Assembly: GCA_037128175.1 (NCBI GenBank)
Contig: JBAXWY010000018.1
Coordinates: 1 to 49,751, forward strand
DNA from: Methanothrix sp.
GTDB taxonomy: Archaea > Halobacteriota > Methanosarcinia > Methanotrichales > Methanotrichaceae
Reading direction: 5' to 3'
Length of the DNA stretch: 49,751 bases
The notes beneath the pieces are model-generated. The model was not told the origin of the DNA, ran no database searches, and saw nothing but the letters and a program-made list of their open reading frames with translations. Below are positions 19,101-26,865 of the stretch, one piece after another. The position numbers and the translations under genes are program-made. How positions within the stretch are numbered: the stretch's first letter is position 1; each line of letters starts with the position of its first letter.

Positions 19101-19517
19101 AGGTATGGTGAAGCAACATGTTGGCATGAAATGGCCATGGTAAATTATCATCAAAATAATTATAAAAAATCGCTTGAAATGTTCAAAGAATCGCTTAAAA
19201 TAAGACAGCAAATTGGTGACACAGCAGGTGAGGCTTTTACTTTATCTAATCTCGGTATGATGGCTGCAAATGGTGGCTGTGCCAAAGAAGGTCTTCATTT
19301 AATAATTCTAAGCTCAATGATTTTCGGAAGAATCGGCCATGCAGAACAAAAAAGGATCGAATCATTGGTTAATGGATTGGCATCACATCTCAAATTAACC
19401 CAAGAGCAGTTTGACGACATGCGCCAGGAAGTTGCAGAATCCTACCGGCGTTACGGCGGTTGGAGCCTGATCGAAGCGGCTTTCGTCGATGTAGAGTCGC
19501 CATCGGCGCAGGAGTGA
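16101..19517 (+). CDS. CHAT (caspase-like) protease - STAND/NB-ARC NTPase - TPR protein
   Basis: LPWELL, IVHLTGHG (His, 16758) and FVSGCQTG (Cys, 16971); Walker A GLGGSGKS (17424), Walker B LLVLDNFE, GGTPR; 40-aa TPR repeats at the C-terminus. Confidence 0.9.
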   Translation: MTKHAIITLSINEAGTQHQGTFLFYVKVDGEVVYSNRNLSPENYKTVREISRRYNSMFEGGFAPRLAAEKLNAFGAELFSIWLAGSWENVKAKVTSGSLRLIVIASDVPDILNLPWELLRPPLGDFLGVDSKFSIRRFPRSGQEIPTFKGDLRPRPLRLLLAVSSPIDLLTLDFEREEEYLLRAISGLDVAFDSCDLGSFQDLRDHVEQFQPHIVHLTGHGAVIKKCPLCEWLNELNEAVCRKCSASLMDVSALGYFAFEDESGNADMRSSKELRRMLAASDVQCVFVSGCQTGKAPPTEALGGICQGLVDDEVPLSIGWAASISDDVANQFARSFYRTLAAGRPVDRALVQARQAVRETCEKRGDPSWTLPVLYSATDQGLVFDPDPRRPKEVPPRKIGPQRPLPGMIEGYAEHFVGRRREQQSLITALRDGSIQTVIITGLGGSGKSSLATRLAWKLEGDGFTPIAVPSSQEKPLSAARLIQTLSEAFLAADLDDAYQKLSNPHIPADVRLRYSIEILNKNRFLLVLDNFESNMDEAKRSILDQELAEFYEHLLANLTGSSRAIVSSRYTPAGKLPPKVREMPLGDFSDASFFKFLRRDDVVDARLRSGELSHDLLHEIHHLFGGTPRFLGQIRTVLRGISVEELKKELEAVKFPTDIENGDMQKNLDEYCEQIFTSRLYSYLSPESQRALSRAAVYGVAINFEGLEAVTGEISENLLGFVRAWQDHAFAYPNAERGGGELWVIYGLLRSWLLAQLSPVDRKAAHRAAGDFLSGLVNQKRSSDLNLFWADCLLLARMEYLQAEEYESTRKVTDSISVSFMQSGLYEGVKQLNRELLGKYNEHPSPMMWIGQAYYYQGNYEAAYEWTQSALAISQSICDKTEEGLAWHNLATIDMAKGDYKSAREKFQKALKIRKHIGKKAYVAETLNNLASIDLKEGNYKTAQRTFKKALKIVQQTENDVLQAAIRQNLASNYINIGKYEQSLDHLQKTMVLLKKQKHRYGEATCWHEMAMVNYHQNNYKKSLEMFKESLKIRQQIGDTAGEAFTLSNLGMMAANGGCAKEGLHLIILSSMIFGRIGHAEQKRIESLVNGLASHLKLTQEQFDDMRQEVAESYRRYGGWSLIEAAFVDVESPSAQE

Positions 19518-19650
19518 GTAGTGCCATTGAACAGGCGCAGAGCCTTGTTATTCCCATCCGGTTTTTTGGGATTTCAGAAATCCCCTTAATCAGCGAATGG
19601 ACCAAGAACAGCGCGCTCTGCCGTCAGCTTCGGAGCATAATAGAATATGC

Positions 19651-20367
19651 CTAAAAGAATCTCGACGCCAGGCTGTGCCTCGTCTCGCAAATCTCCGTGG
19701 CCCAACAGGACGGGCAGGGTGCATCCTCGGGCCGGTCGGGAAGCTGCCCTTCCTTTATCAGCCTTATTCTATCTCGAATGCGCAGCACTCGCGCTCTATC
19801 TACGCCATGAATCTCAGCGGCTCGCACCAGGGCCTGACGCGGATACTCCACCAGTCCTTGATTTATATGCGTCCTGTTCTTTTCTCCCAAGAGCAGGGCA
19901 TAGCCTGCCAGCATCAGCCTGTCCTTTTTCCAGATGCCGTCCTCTGGGGCTTTGCCGGTGCGAATGAGGGAAGGAGTGCTGCCCGGCGCCAGACGGTCCA
20001 GCCGGCCCGAAAGGCCTAACCGATCAGAATAGAGGTCAACCTCAGCCAAGCAGGGAAGCAGATGATCCAGGTGCCCGGCCAGGCCCTGAGCAATACCGGC
20101 AATCTCTCCTTCCAGCTCCCGGCAGGCCGGCTCCATCTCCTCTGGCTCGATCTCATAAACCAAAGGCAGTTCCGCTTCCAACCTGGTCAGGTTCTCTTTT
20201 AGCTGTCCTTCCAGATCGTTTTTTTGGGAAAAAGAGAGCATGAGGCTACGCAAAAGGAGGTGCTTGGTATCGATCTTTTGGGGCGTCCTTCTTAGATTTT
20301 CAAAGTAAATCAGCCGGGGGCAACGCAGATAGAGGCCTATTTCAGAGATCCTGACGAGTGTTGGCAT
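19651..20367 (-). CDS. Stand-alone Cas4/Dna2-like Fe-S PD-(D/E)xK protein (degenerate)
   Basis: N-terminal YLRCPR, C-terminal CPSCxxxxxC, LSGRLDRL; no CRISPR array or other cas genes in the window. Confidence 0.75.
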   Translation of the reverse strand: MPTLVRISEIGLYLRCPRLIYFENLRRTPQKIDTKHLLLRSLMLSFSQKNDLEGQLKENLTRLEAELPLVYEIEPEEMEPACRELEGEIAGIAQGLAGHLDHLLPCLAEVDLYSDRLGLSGRLDRLAPGSTPSLIRTGKAPEDGIWKKDRLMLAGYALLLGEKNRTHINQGLVEYPRQALVRAAEIHGVDRARVLRIRDRIRLIKEGQLPDRPEDAPCPSCWATEICETRHSLASRFF

Positions 20368-20458
20368 CAGTGAATATATGTATCTCATCTTTTAAAAATT
20401 TTTTCTTCCTTAGACTAATTTTGGTTCCTAGCTGTTTCGCGCGGATAATAGAATAATC

Positions 20459-20588
<130 letters not shown>

Positions 20589-20654
20589 TAACTAAAAACA
20601 GGAAAAACATAGTAACCTGGGGTTAGCAACTGGAAATAGCGAAGAGCCCTAATC

Positions 20655-21866
20655 CTAATTTTCGGGAGCATCAGAATTTGAAAATACCAAATTCTGCGAT
20701 TGTGTCTCATTTTGATCCTCTCTAAGTTTGACCAGCCAGACGTCCTCCCTTCCCTGGCCATAAGAGCTGGTTATGCCGGCTAGCTTATAGCCATCTCTGC
20801 TATGAATTACATAGGTGCCGATATCGTCAAAGCTACCTCCCAAGGTCATCGACCACTCTTGTCGGCCTGTGGAATCGGTCTTAATGATGAGCGCATCTCT
20901 CCCGGTTTTTTTATTGTCTATTCTTCCTGCAATGATATAGCCGTCTTCCTTAGTCGATTGCAGGGAAGAGGCTGAGCTGCCCCGGTAAGTTTTCTCCCAC
21001 AGCTTTTGGCCATTAGGGTCCACTTTAATGAGAATAATCTTATTCTTATCCGAGCCGGATTCCGTCCTGCCTACCACTGCATAGCCGTCTTTTAGCTCTA
21101 CAACCTGAAAGCCGGCATCATCCTGTTTACCGCCAAAGGTTCTGTTCCATAGCTCTTCTCCCTGGGAATCGGTTTTAAGGAGCCAGATGTCGTCTCCACC
21201 TTTGCCGAAGGATGCCGTACGTCCTGCCACAATAAACCCGCCGTCTCGGCTCTGCAAGACGGACATGCCCACATCATCTTCCCTTCCGCCAAAGGTTTTA
21301 TCCCAGATTTTGCTTCCTATGGCATCGGTCTTCAGCAGCCAGAGATCCTTTCTGCCGCTTCCCAGTGATTGGGTGTATCCGGCGGTGATGTAGCCACCGT
21401 CATCAGTCTCATTCACAGACCACCCGCCATCCCCGGAAGAAGATACAAATCCGCCAAAGGTTTTGTCCCAGCTCAGGCTCCCGTTGCCGTCCGTCTTGAC
21501 AAGCCATAAAAGCTCCTCGCCCATGGTGAAGGATTTTGTGCTTCCCGTGACAATGAATCCGCCATCTTCCGTCTCTTGCACGAAGTATCCCACATCCTCT
21601 CCCGATCCTCCCCAAATCCGGCTCCAGATGCATTTTCCCAATTTATCGGTTCTGATCAGGAGCAGGTCGCTTCCTTCTCCCCTGGAAGCAGAATTTCCTA
21701 CCAGGATATTGCCGCCATCCTTTGTCTCCTGTAAACACCAGGCCCCATCAGCGTACCGCCCCCCAAAGGTTAAATTCCACTCTTCCTCAGGCTCGGCCGC
21801 CAGAGCCGAAAAACTACTGGAGAGGACCGTGAAAATAAGAATAAAGATAAAAGCAATGCATTTCAT
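20655..21866 (-). CDS. Secreted beta-propeller-like repeat protein
   Basis: Signal peptide; about 7 repeats of WxKTFGG..D.G.SV..T.DGG.I..G.T.S....D.WL.KTD..G. Confidence 0.85.
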   Translation of the reverse strand: MKCIAFIFILIFTVLSSSFSALAAEPEEEWNLTFGGRYADGAWCLQETKDGGNILVGNSASRGEGSDLLLIRTDKLGKCIWSRIWGGSGEDVGYFVQETEDGGFIVTGSTKSFTMGEELLWLVKTDGNGSLSWDKTFGGFVSSSGDGGWSVNETDDGGYITAGYTQSLGSGRKDLWLLKTDAIGSKIWDKTFGGREDDVGMSVLQSRDGGFIVAGRTASFGKGGDDIWLLKTDSQGEELWNRTFGGKQDDAGFQVVELKDGYAVVGRTESGSDKNKIILIKVDPNGQKLWEKTYRGSSASSLQSTKEDGYIIAGRIDNKKTGRDALIIKTDSTGRQEWSMTLGGSFDDIGTYVIHSRDGYKLAGITSSYGQGREDVWLVKLREDQNETQSQNLVFSNSDAPEN

Positions 21867-21881
21867 TCTCTGCCTCGCGAA

Positions 21882-22511
21882 CTAATCGGCGCCCTGGTCC
21901 TGGAATTTGACGGTCTTGTCCATCTCAAAGTTCCCGCTCAAAAACATTTTGGATTTTATACCGCTCTTGCCCATCTCATGCCTGGTGGCGGTCATGCCGT
22001 AGTAGCCATTGAAGAGCGCTTTGGAGCTGGACCCTACATTCTGCCTGCCTGCCGGGCTATTCGCATCATTTGCATCAATTCTGCCTGCATCAGCCCTTTG
22101 ATCATCCGAGTTGAGAATGGGAGAATTGCCGGGAGGGCTGATGATGCTATTATTATCTAAGGTCGAATTGCCTGACGTTGAATTGGCTTCAGTTGAATTA
22201 GCTTGAGTCGAATTAGCTTCAGTTGAATTGAGAGGTGGTCTGGAGGGCAATTCGGTTTGGTCTGTGTTGCCGACAACCGGTTCTATCTTCTCTTCTGCCC
22301 GGGCCTTCTTCCAGGAATCAAGTCTGGCCAAAGCCTCAGCCATTTTATCCTCAACCTTCTTGGTATCTGTTCCAGGTATTGAGACAACAGCTCCATCCGG
22401 CCCGAGGATACCTGCAAAGCCGGATTCACTCGACAATGCCGCCGCCAATAGAAGATCTGCCGCTGCCAAGAACATTAATAAGATTACTATGATCCGCTTC
22501 ATAATCCCCAC
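21882..22511 (-). CDS. Secreted hypothetical glycoprotein
   Basis: Signal peptide and tandem N-S-T sequons. Confidence 0.7.
   Translation of the reverse strand: MGIMKRIIVILLMFLAAADLLLAAALSSESGFAGILGPDGAVVSIPGTDTKKVEDKMAEALARLDSWKKARAEEKIEPVVGNTDQTELPSRPPLNSTEANSTQANSTEANSTSGNSTLDNNSIISPPGNSPILNSDDQRADAGRIDANDANSPAGRQNVGSSSKALFNGYYGMTATRHEMGKSGIKSKMFLSGNFEMDKTVKFQDQGAD
22155..22229 (-). repeat. 5 x 15-bp in-frame tandem repeat encoding NST-x-x
   Basis: Units encode NSTEA, NSTQA, NSTEA, NSTSG and NSTLD. Confidence 0.8.
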
Positions 22512-22625
22512 CTCATGTGCTCCCTTAATTAATCAAGTCTCCAATACAATTTTAACTTTTCCATAACAAGTTTCATTTTCACCCCGTGGAGAGCATTTAT
22601 CTCTTCTTAGTATTATCCTTCTCAC

Positions 22626-24932
22626 GTGTACCTGGACTATTTCCCTTATGAGTCCCTCCGGCCCTACCAGGATAGGATGTTGGACGCGGTCTATGATGTT
22701 GTGAGCAAAGGCGATCATGGTGTGCTGATGATAGACGCGCCCACCGGCACGGGAAAGACGAGCTGCATTTGCTCGGTTTTAGCTGCTGCTACTGGGAAGA
22801 CCGTAGTTGCTGTGCGAACGGTATCTCAGATTGATATCTACATCGACGAGGTAAACAAGATCTGGTCAAAAACCCGGCACAGGCCGGAAATAGCCTATAT
22901 GGTAGGCAAGCAGAAGATCTGTCCCCTGGAAGATGAGTTTCGCGGGGAGAGCGTTTATGCCGGATGCTCCAGGCTTCGAGAGTGGACAAAAAATTATGTC
23001 TCCTCAAGGATCGGTAAAAGCAGTGGGAGCATCTATGATCCTGCCTCCGACAGTATTCCAGAGGAGGAGCCCGGCTATCGTACCTTCTGTCCATATTACC
23101 TGAGAAGTAGAGAGGGCTTCGAGTTGAACGGAACGGTCCATTTCCGGCGTTCAAGTCGTGCCCTGGATGTAGTGGAGGGCTTAAAAAAGAACATCACACC
23201 GCCATCCCGACTAACTCAATCCTGCCAGGGAATCTGTCCTTACGAGATCATGAGCCTCTATGCCAAAAATTGCGACATGGTGATCATGAACTATTCCCAC
23301 CTCTTTTCCCCGGACTTTCAAGATATCATATTTCAGTGGCTGGAGATGGAATCAGAAAAGGTTACCCTGATCATTGATGAGGCGCATAACCTGGGTGATG
23401 CCGTACGGGCCATGAACTCGCGCCTTCTTTCCATGCGCATGGTAGATCAAGCGGAAAAAGAGGTAGAGAGGTTCGAAGGAAGCCTTGGCCAGGCCCGGCT
23501 GGAAGAGACGCGAGAAAAGGCTTCCTGGAGACGGGAGGGAATCGGAGTTATACGCCTTCTTCTTCCCCGGCTGAAGAGATTTTTGCAGAGCAAGCAGGAG
23601 AGGATGCAAGAAGGGGAGGCGCTCTTGGACGCAGATTTATTCCGCACCTTCCTTTACGATGGTGTCGAAGATATTGATGATGCGCTATCTAATTTCTCAG
23701 ATGTTGCCGTGGCTGTAGCCGACCTGAATCTGGCGGAAGGCGATCGCGAGAACCTGCAGGGCGACATCCAGCCTAGTTTAGCACTGGTGCTGCTTTACCT
23801 CAGGGATGTGGAGAATGCAGAAAAGGATCCATCATACCAGAGAAAGATTGCAGTAACGAGTTCGGGCGGCAGGAAATTTGCGCGTCTGGAGGTCAACAAT
23901 ATTGATCCCGCCGCCAATATTCGTCGCATCACCGACAACATCAACGCTACTATTATGCTCTCCGGCACCTTCTCCCCTCTCGAGGCCTATGAGCTGTACT
24001 GTCTCGGCGAGGAGGGCAGGGCACAAAAGCTCAGCCTGCCCAATCCCTTTCCCAAAGAGAACCGCTTGCTAATGGCTGCAAAAAAGGCAACTACTCAACT
24101 GGAGATCAGGGAAGATGCGGACAACAGGGAGGAGATATCCGGGCACATAAGATCGATAATAGAATGCGTTCCCGGCAGTGTGGCTATCTTTTTTACTTCC
24201 TACCCGATGATGAACAATTACAGGGAGGTATGTCTCTCCTCTTGCCAAAAGGCGGGAAAGAAGCTGTGCGTTGAGCCCCGAAGTAGCGATGATGTGCCCT
24301 CTATTTTGCAGGAATTCTTCCGGCTGGCCGGGCGGGGCGGAGGCGTTTTGACGGGTGTATGCGGCGGAAAGCTGGCCGAGGGAATTGATTACAAAGGCGA
24401 GGCTTTAAACGGGGTGGCCGTGGTGGGCCTACCCCTGGCTGCATACGATGAGATTCAAAAAGAGATCAACGGCTACTATACCCGAAAGTATGGCCGGGCC
24501 AAGGGAATGCTCATCGCCTATACCCTGCCGGCCGTTAACCGGGGACTGCAGGCAGCCGGAAGAGTCATTCGCGCTGAATCGGAAAGGGGGGTGCTCCTGT
24601 TCTGCGATCGCCGGTTTGGGGATGATAGCCTGGGCGGTGTCAATGGATTTTTGCCAGATTGGGTGAGAGAGGATTTGATATTAGTAGACGCAAAAGAGGG
24701 CAGAGAAATAATTATAAAAAAGATCGCGGAGTGGAAGATGGTGAAACCACCCGAGAATAATACCCGTCATGAGGAGCAGCAAATGCCCAGGAGAGCAAAA
24801 GCGGCAAAGCCGGGCAAAAGAGATCTCAGGGAGCTGGCCAGGTCGCTGGGGCTCGGGGTAGCCTCTGCCAAGAGCCCTGCCCTAAAATCGGCAGCAAAAC
24901 CTGGCCCCAAAGTCTTCGGCGAGAAAAATTAG
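22626..24932 (+). CDS. XPD/Rad3/DinG-family ATP-dependent DNA helicase
   Basis: Q motif RPYQ, APTGTGKT, Fe-S cysteines (ICP, CPY), IIDEAHN, SGT, EGIDY and QAAGRVIR. Confidence 0.93.
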   Translation: MYLDYFPYESLRPYQDRMLDAVYDVVSKGDHGVLMIDAPTGTGKTSCICSVLAAATGKTVVAVRTVSQIDIYIDEVNKIWSKTRHRPEIAYMVGKQKICPLEDEFRGESVYAGCSRLREWTKNYVSSRIGKSSGSIYDPASDSIPEEEPGYRTFCPYYLRSREGFELNGTVHFRRSSRALDVVEGLKKNITPPSRLTQSCQGICPYEIMSLYAKNCDMVIMNYSHLFSPDFQDIIFQWLEMESEKVTLIIDEAHNLGDAVRAMNSRLLSMRMVDQAEKEVERFEGSLGQARLEETREKASWRREGIGVIRLLLPRLKRFLQSKQERMQEGEALLDADLFRTFLYDGVEDIDDALSNFSDVAVAVADLNLAEGDRENLQGDIQPSLALVLLYLRDVENAEKDPSYQRKIAVTSSGGRKFARLEVNNIDPAANIRRITDNINATIMLSGTFSPLEAYELYCLGEEGRAQKLSLPNPFPKENRLLMAAKKATTQLEIREDADNREEISGHIRSIIECVPGSVAIFFTSYPMMNNYREVCLSSCQKAGKKLCVEPRSSDDVPSILQEFFRLAGRGGGVLTGVCGGKLAEGIDYKGEALNGVAVVGLPLAAYDEIQKEINGYYTRKYGRAKGMLIAYTLPAVNRGLQAAGRVIRAESERGVLLFCDRRFGDDSLGGVNGFLPDWVREDLILVDAKEGREIIIKKIAEWKMVKPPENNTRHEEQQMPRRAKAAKPGKRDLRELARSLGLGVASAKSPALKSAAKPGPKVFGEKN

Positions 24933-24951
24933 GGATTTTTCTAAAAAAAGG

Positions 24952-25296
24952 CTAATTGATCAGGTCCGTCTCCAGAACGTTCAGGGGTATGGCACCCAGG
25001 GCTTTTCCAATAGAAGATTTGGCTATGCGCCCGGCATGCTCCTCACTTTCTGCGTTGAATATCTTCATCTCAAAGAGCAACGCCACCAGGGCCGTGCTGG
25101 CGACGAGAAATACGCCAGGCAAAGGCTCGCTGCACTCCGGGCAGTCCCATTGACCCATCTCCACCTCGACGAAGTCCATCTTTCTCTGATTCAACCGCTT
25201 GCCGGCTTCCGAGATGGCCACACCGATGGCGTCATCCTCAGTCTTGACATCTCTTACCAGCCAGGCACCTTCCAGAAGGACATTGAAATTCGGCAT
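24952..25296 (-). CDS. DUF555/UPF0212 family protein
   Basis: AWLVRDV...DAIGVAISEAGKRLN, CPEC and NAESEEHA.RIAKS motifs. Confidence 0.9.
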   Translation of the reverse strand: MPNFNVLLEGAWLVRDVKTEDDAIGVAISEAGKRLNQRKMDFVEVEMGQWDCPECSEPLPGVFLVASTALVALLFEMKIFNAESEEHAGRIAKSSIGKALGAIPLNVLETDLIN

Positions 25297-25351
25297 TCAA
25301 CTAGTGCTTGGAGGACTTATCATATAGTCCTTGTGATGATCAAATGATAAT

Positions 25352-26116
25352 GTGTTAATAGTATACAGCAGAAAATATGAGCAACGATATCCGGCAAACC
25401 CAGTGGAAAATCCGGATCGTGTGCGACTGCCGGCCGTTGAGCTGCAAAAGCTTGGCTATATGTTCATAGAGCCGTCACCCTGCGGCCTGGATCAAATCGG
25501 CAAAGTGCACGGCAGAGAGCATATTGATCGCGTAAGACAGAGCGGTCACTTTGAGGCGGCGTCTCTTGCGGCTGGCGGTGCCATAGCCGCAGCCGAGCTG
25601 GCCATGCAAGGCGAGCCCGCCTTCGCCCTGGTGCGCCCGCCCGGGCACCACGCCGCAGCCAACCGGGCCTGGGGAATGTGCTACTTCAATAACATGGCCA
25701 TCGCCATAAAAAATATCAGACCCAGGGCGAAGAAAGCGCTGATCATCGATATCGACCTGCACTATGGAGACGGCACCGTCAGCATCTTTCGGGGTGACTG
25801 CAACGTAAAGATTGTCAACCCCTGGTCGGTAGATGAGAACTTCGAGTATCTCAACATGGATGAGAGCCGTTATTTAGGCCAGGTGGAAGACGCCTTCCAC
25901 AACTTTGATTACGATATTGTAGGCGTCTGTGCGGGCTTTGACACCTACCTGGAGGACTGGGGCAAGCTGCTGAAAAAGGAGGACTACCGGAAGATAGGCG
26001 AAGCCATACGGAAAGGGTCGGAGAGGTGCGGCGGGCACAGGTTCGCCGTGCTGGAAGGCGGATACCACCCGGATCTGAAGTGGTGCATAAAGAGTTTCCT
26101 GGAAGGATTTGGATGA
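25352..26116 (+). CDS. Histone deacetylase family protein
   Basis: RPPGHHA, CYFNN, DIDLHYGDGT, AGFD and LEGGY motifs. Confidence 0.93.
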   Translation: MLIVYSRKYEQRYPANPVENPDRVRLPAVELQKLGYMFIEPSPCGLDQIGKVHGREHIDRVRQSGHFEAASLAAGGAIAAAELAMQGEPAFALVRPPGHHAAANRAWGMCYFNNMAIAIKNIRPRAKKALIIDIDLHYGDGTVSIFRGDCNVKIVNPWSVDENFEYLNMDESRYLGQVEDAFHNFDYDIVGVCAGFDTYLEDWGKLLKKEDYRKIGEAIRKGSERCGGHRFAVLEGGYHPDLKWCIKSFLEGFG

Positions 26117-26154
26117 GTTTGCAGTAGATATCCCGTGCTCATCCCCTTGGCCTC

Positions 26155-26502
26155 TCATACCCCAGCCGGAGAAATCCTCCCCTGGACAGTTTTGTGGGCG
26201 GCAATGAGGATGTCAATGTCGCAGATGTTGCCCCGAGACTTCAAACGATCCACCTCAAGCAGGAAAAGGCACACAAATTCGTTCTCCATCTTGTTCATCT
26301 CTGCAAATCTCATGGCTATGCCCTTTAGCTGTATGCGCGTCGAGAAACTTTTGGGAAGGTTTCCGTCCACGAGGTTGAATATCAGCCCGCAGCCCGAGTG
26401 GCCGAAGGTGGAGGTGGAGGGGCTGATTGTGGTCGGAATGTAATCCTTGAATGTGTGACCCTGGACGAACTCGCCGCACTCGCATAGTATCGTTCTCTTC
26501 AT
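26155..26502 (-). CDS. Hypothetical protein with CxC...HxxC motif
   Basis: ORF from ATG 26502 (MKRTILCECGE) preceded by AGGAG. Confidence 0.6.
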   Translation of the reverse strand: MKRTILCECGEFVQGHTFKDYIPTTISPSTSTFGHSGCGLIFNLVDGNLPKSFSTRIQLKGIAMRFAEMNKMENEFVCLFLLEVDRLKSRGNICDIDILIAAHKTVQGRISPAGV

Positions 26503-26865
26503 GATAACGATTTCTCCTTTTGAGCTTGATGAATGTCGTAGCCTCTCAGAGCTAAAGGGCAGGTTCGTGATTTTGCATCCCGAGCGCTTGCTCCTTCGCC
26601 CTAGCCTTTCAGGTCTGCGAAGCATATTATTTCAGCTGTATACTCCGCTTAAGGGGCTTCTTTCTTTAAAAACTTTCTTACTTAAGGAAATTTCGGAATC
26701 AATTTTCGCTAATTGTCGAGCTGGTTACATCTACCTTTTAAGCGCGATGCCGAGGAAGTGAAAAATGAAAAAGCCAGTTCTTGAGTACAAAGGCTATCAT
26801 TTCTATTTGGTTCCACTTACAAGATGAACAATGGCAAAGATTTATGGTTACTTAGGCTTCTGGGT

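Noticed and set aside
18700-19300. Diversity-generating retroelement target in the TPR repeats
   Set aside because: No reverse transcriptase, and no near-identical template/variable repeat pair differing only at adenines was seen.
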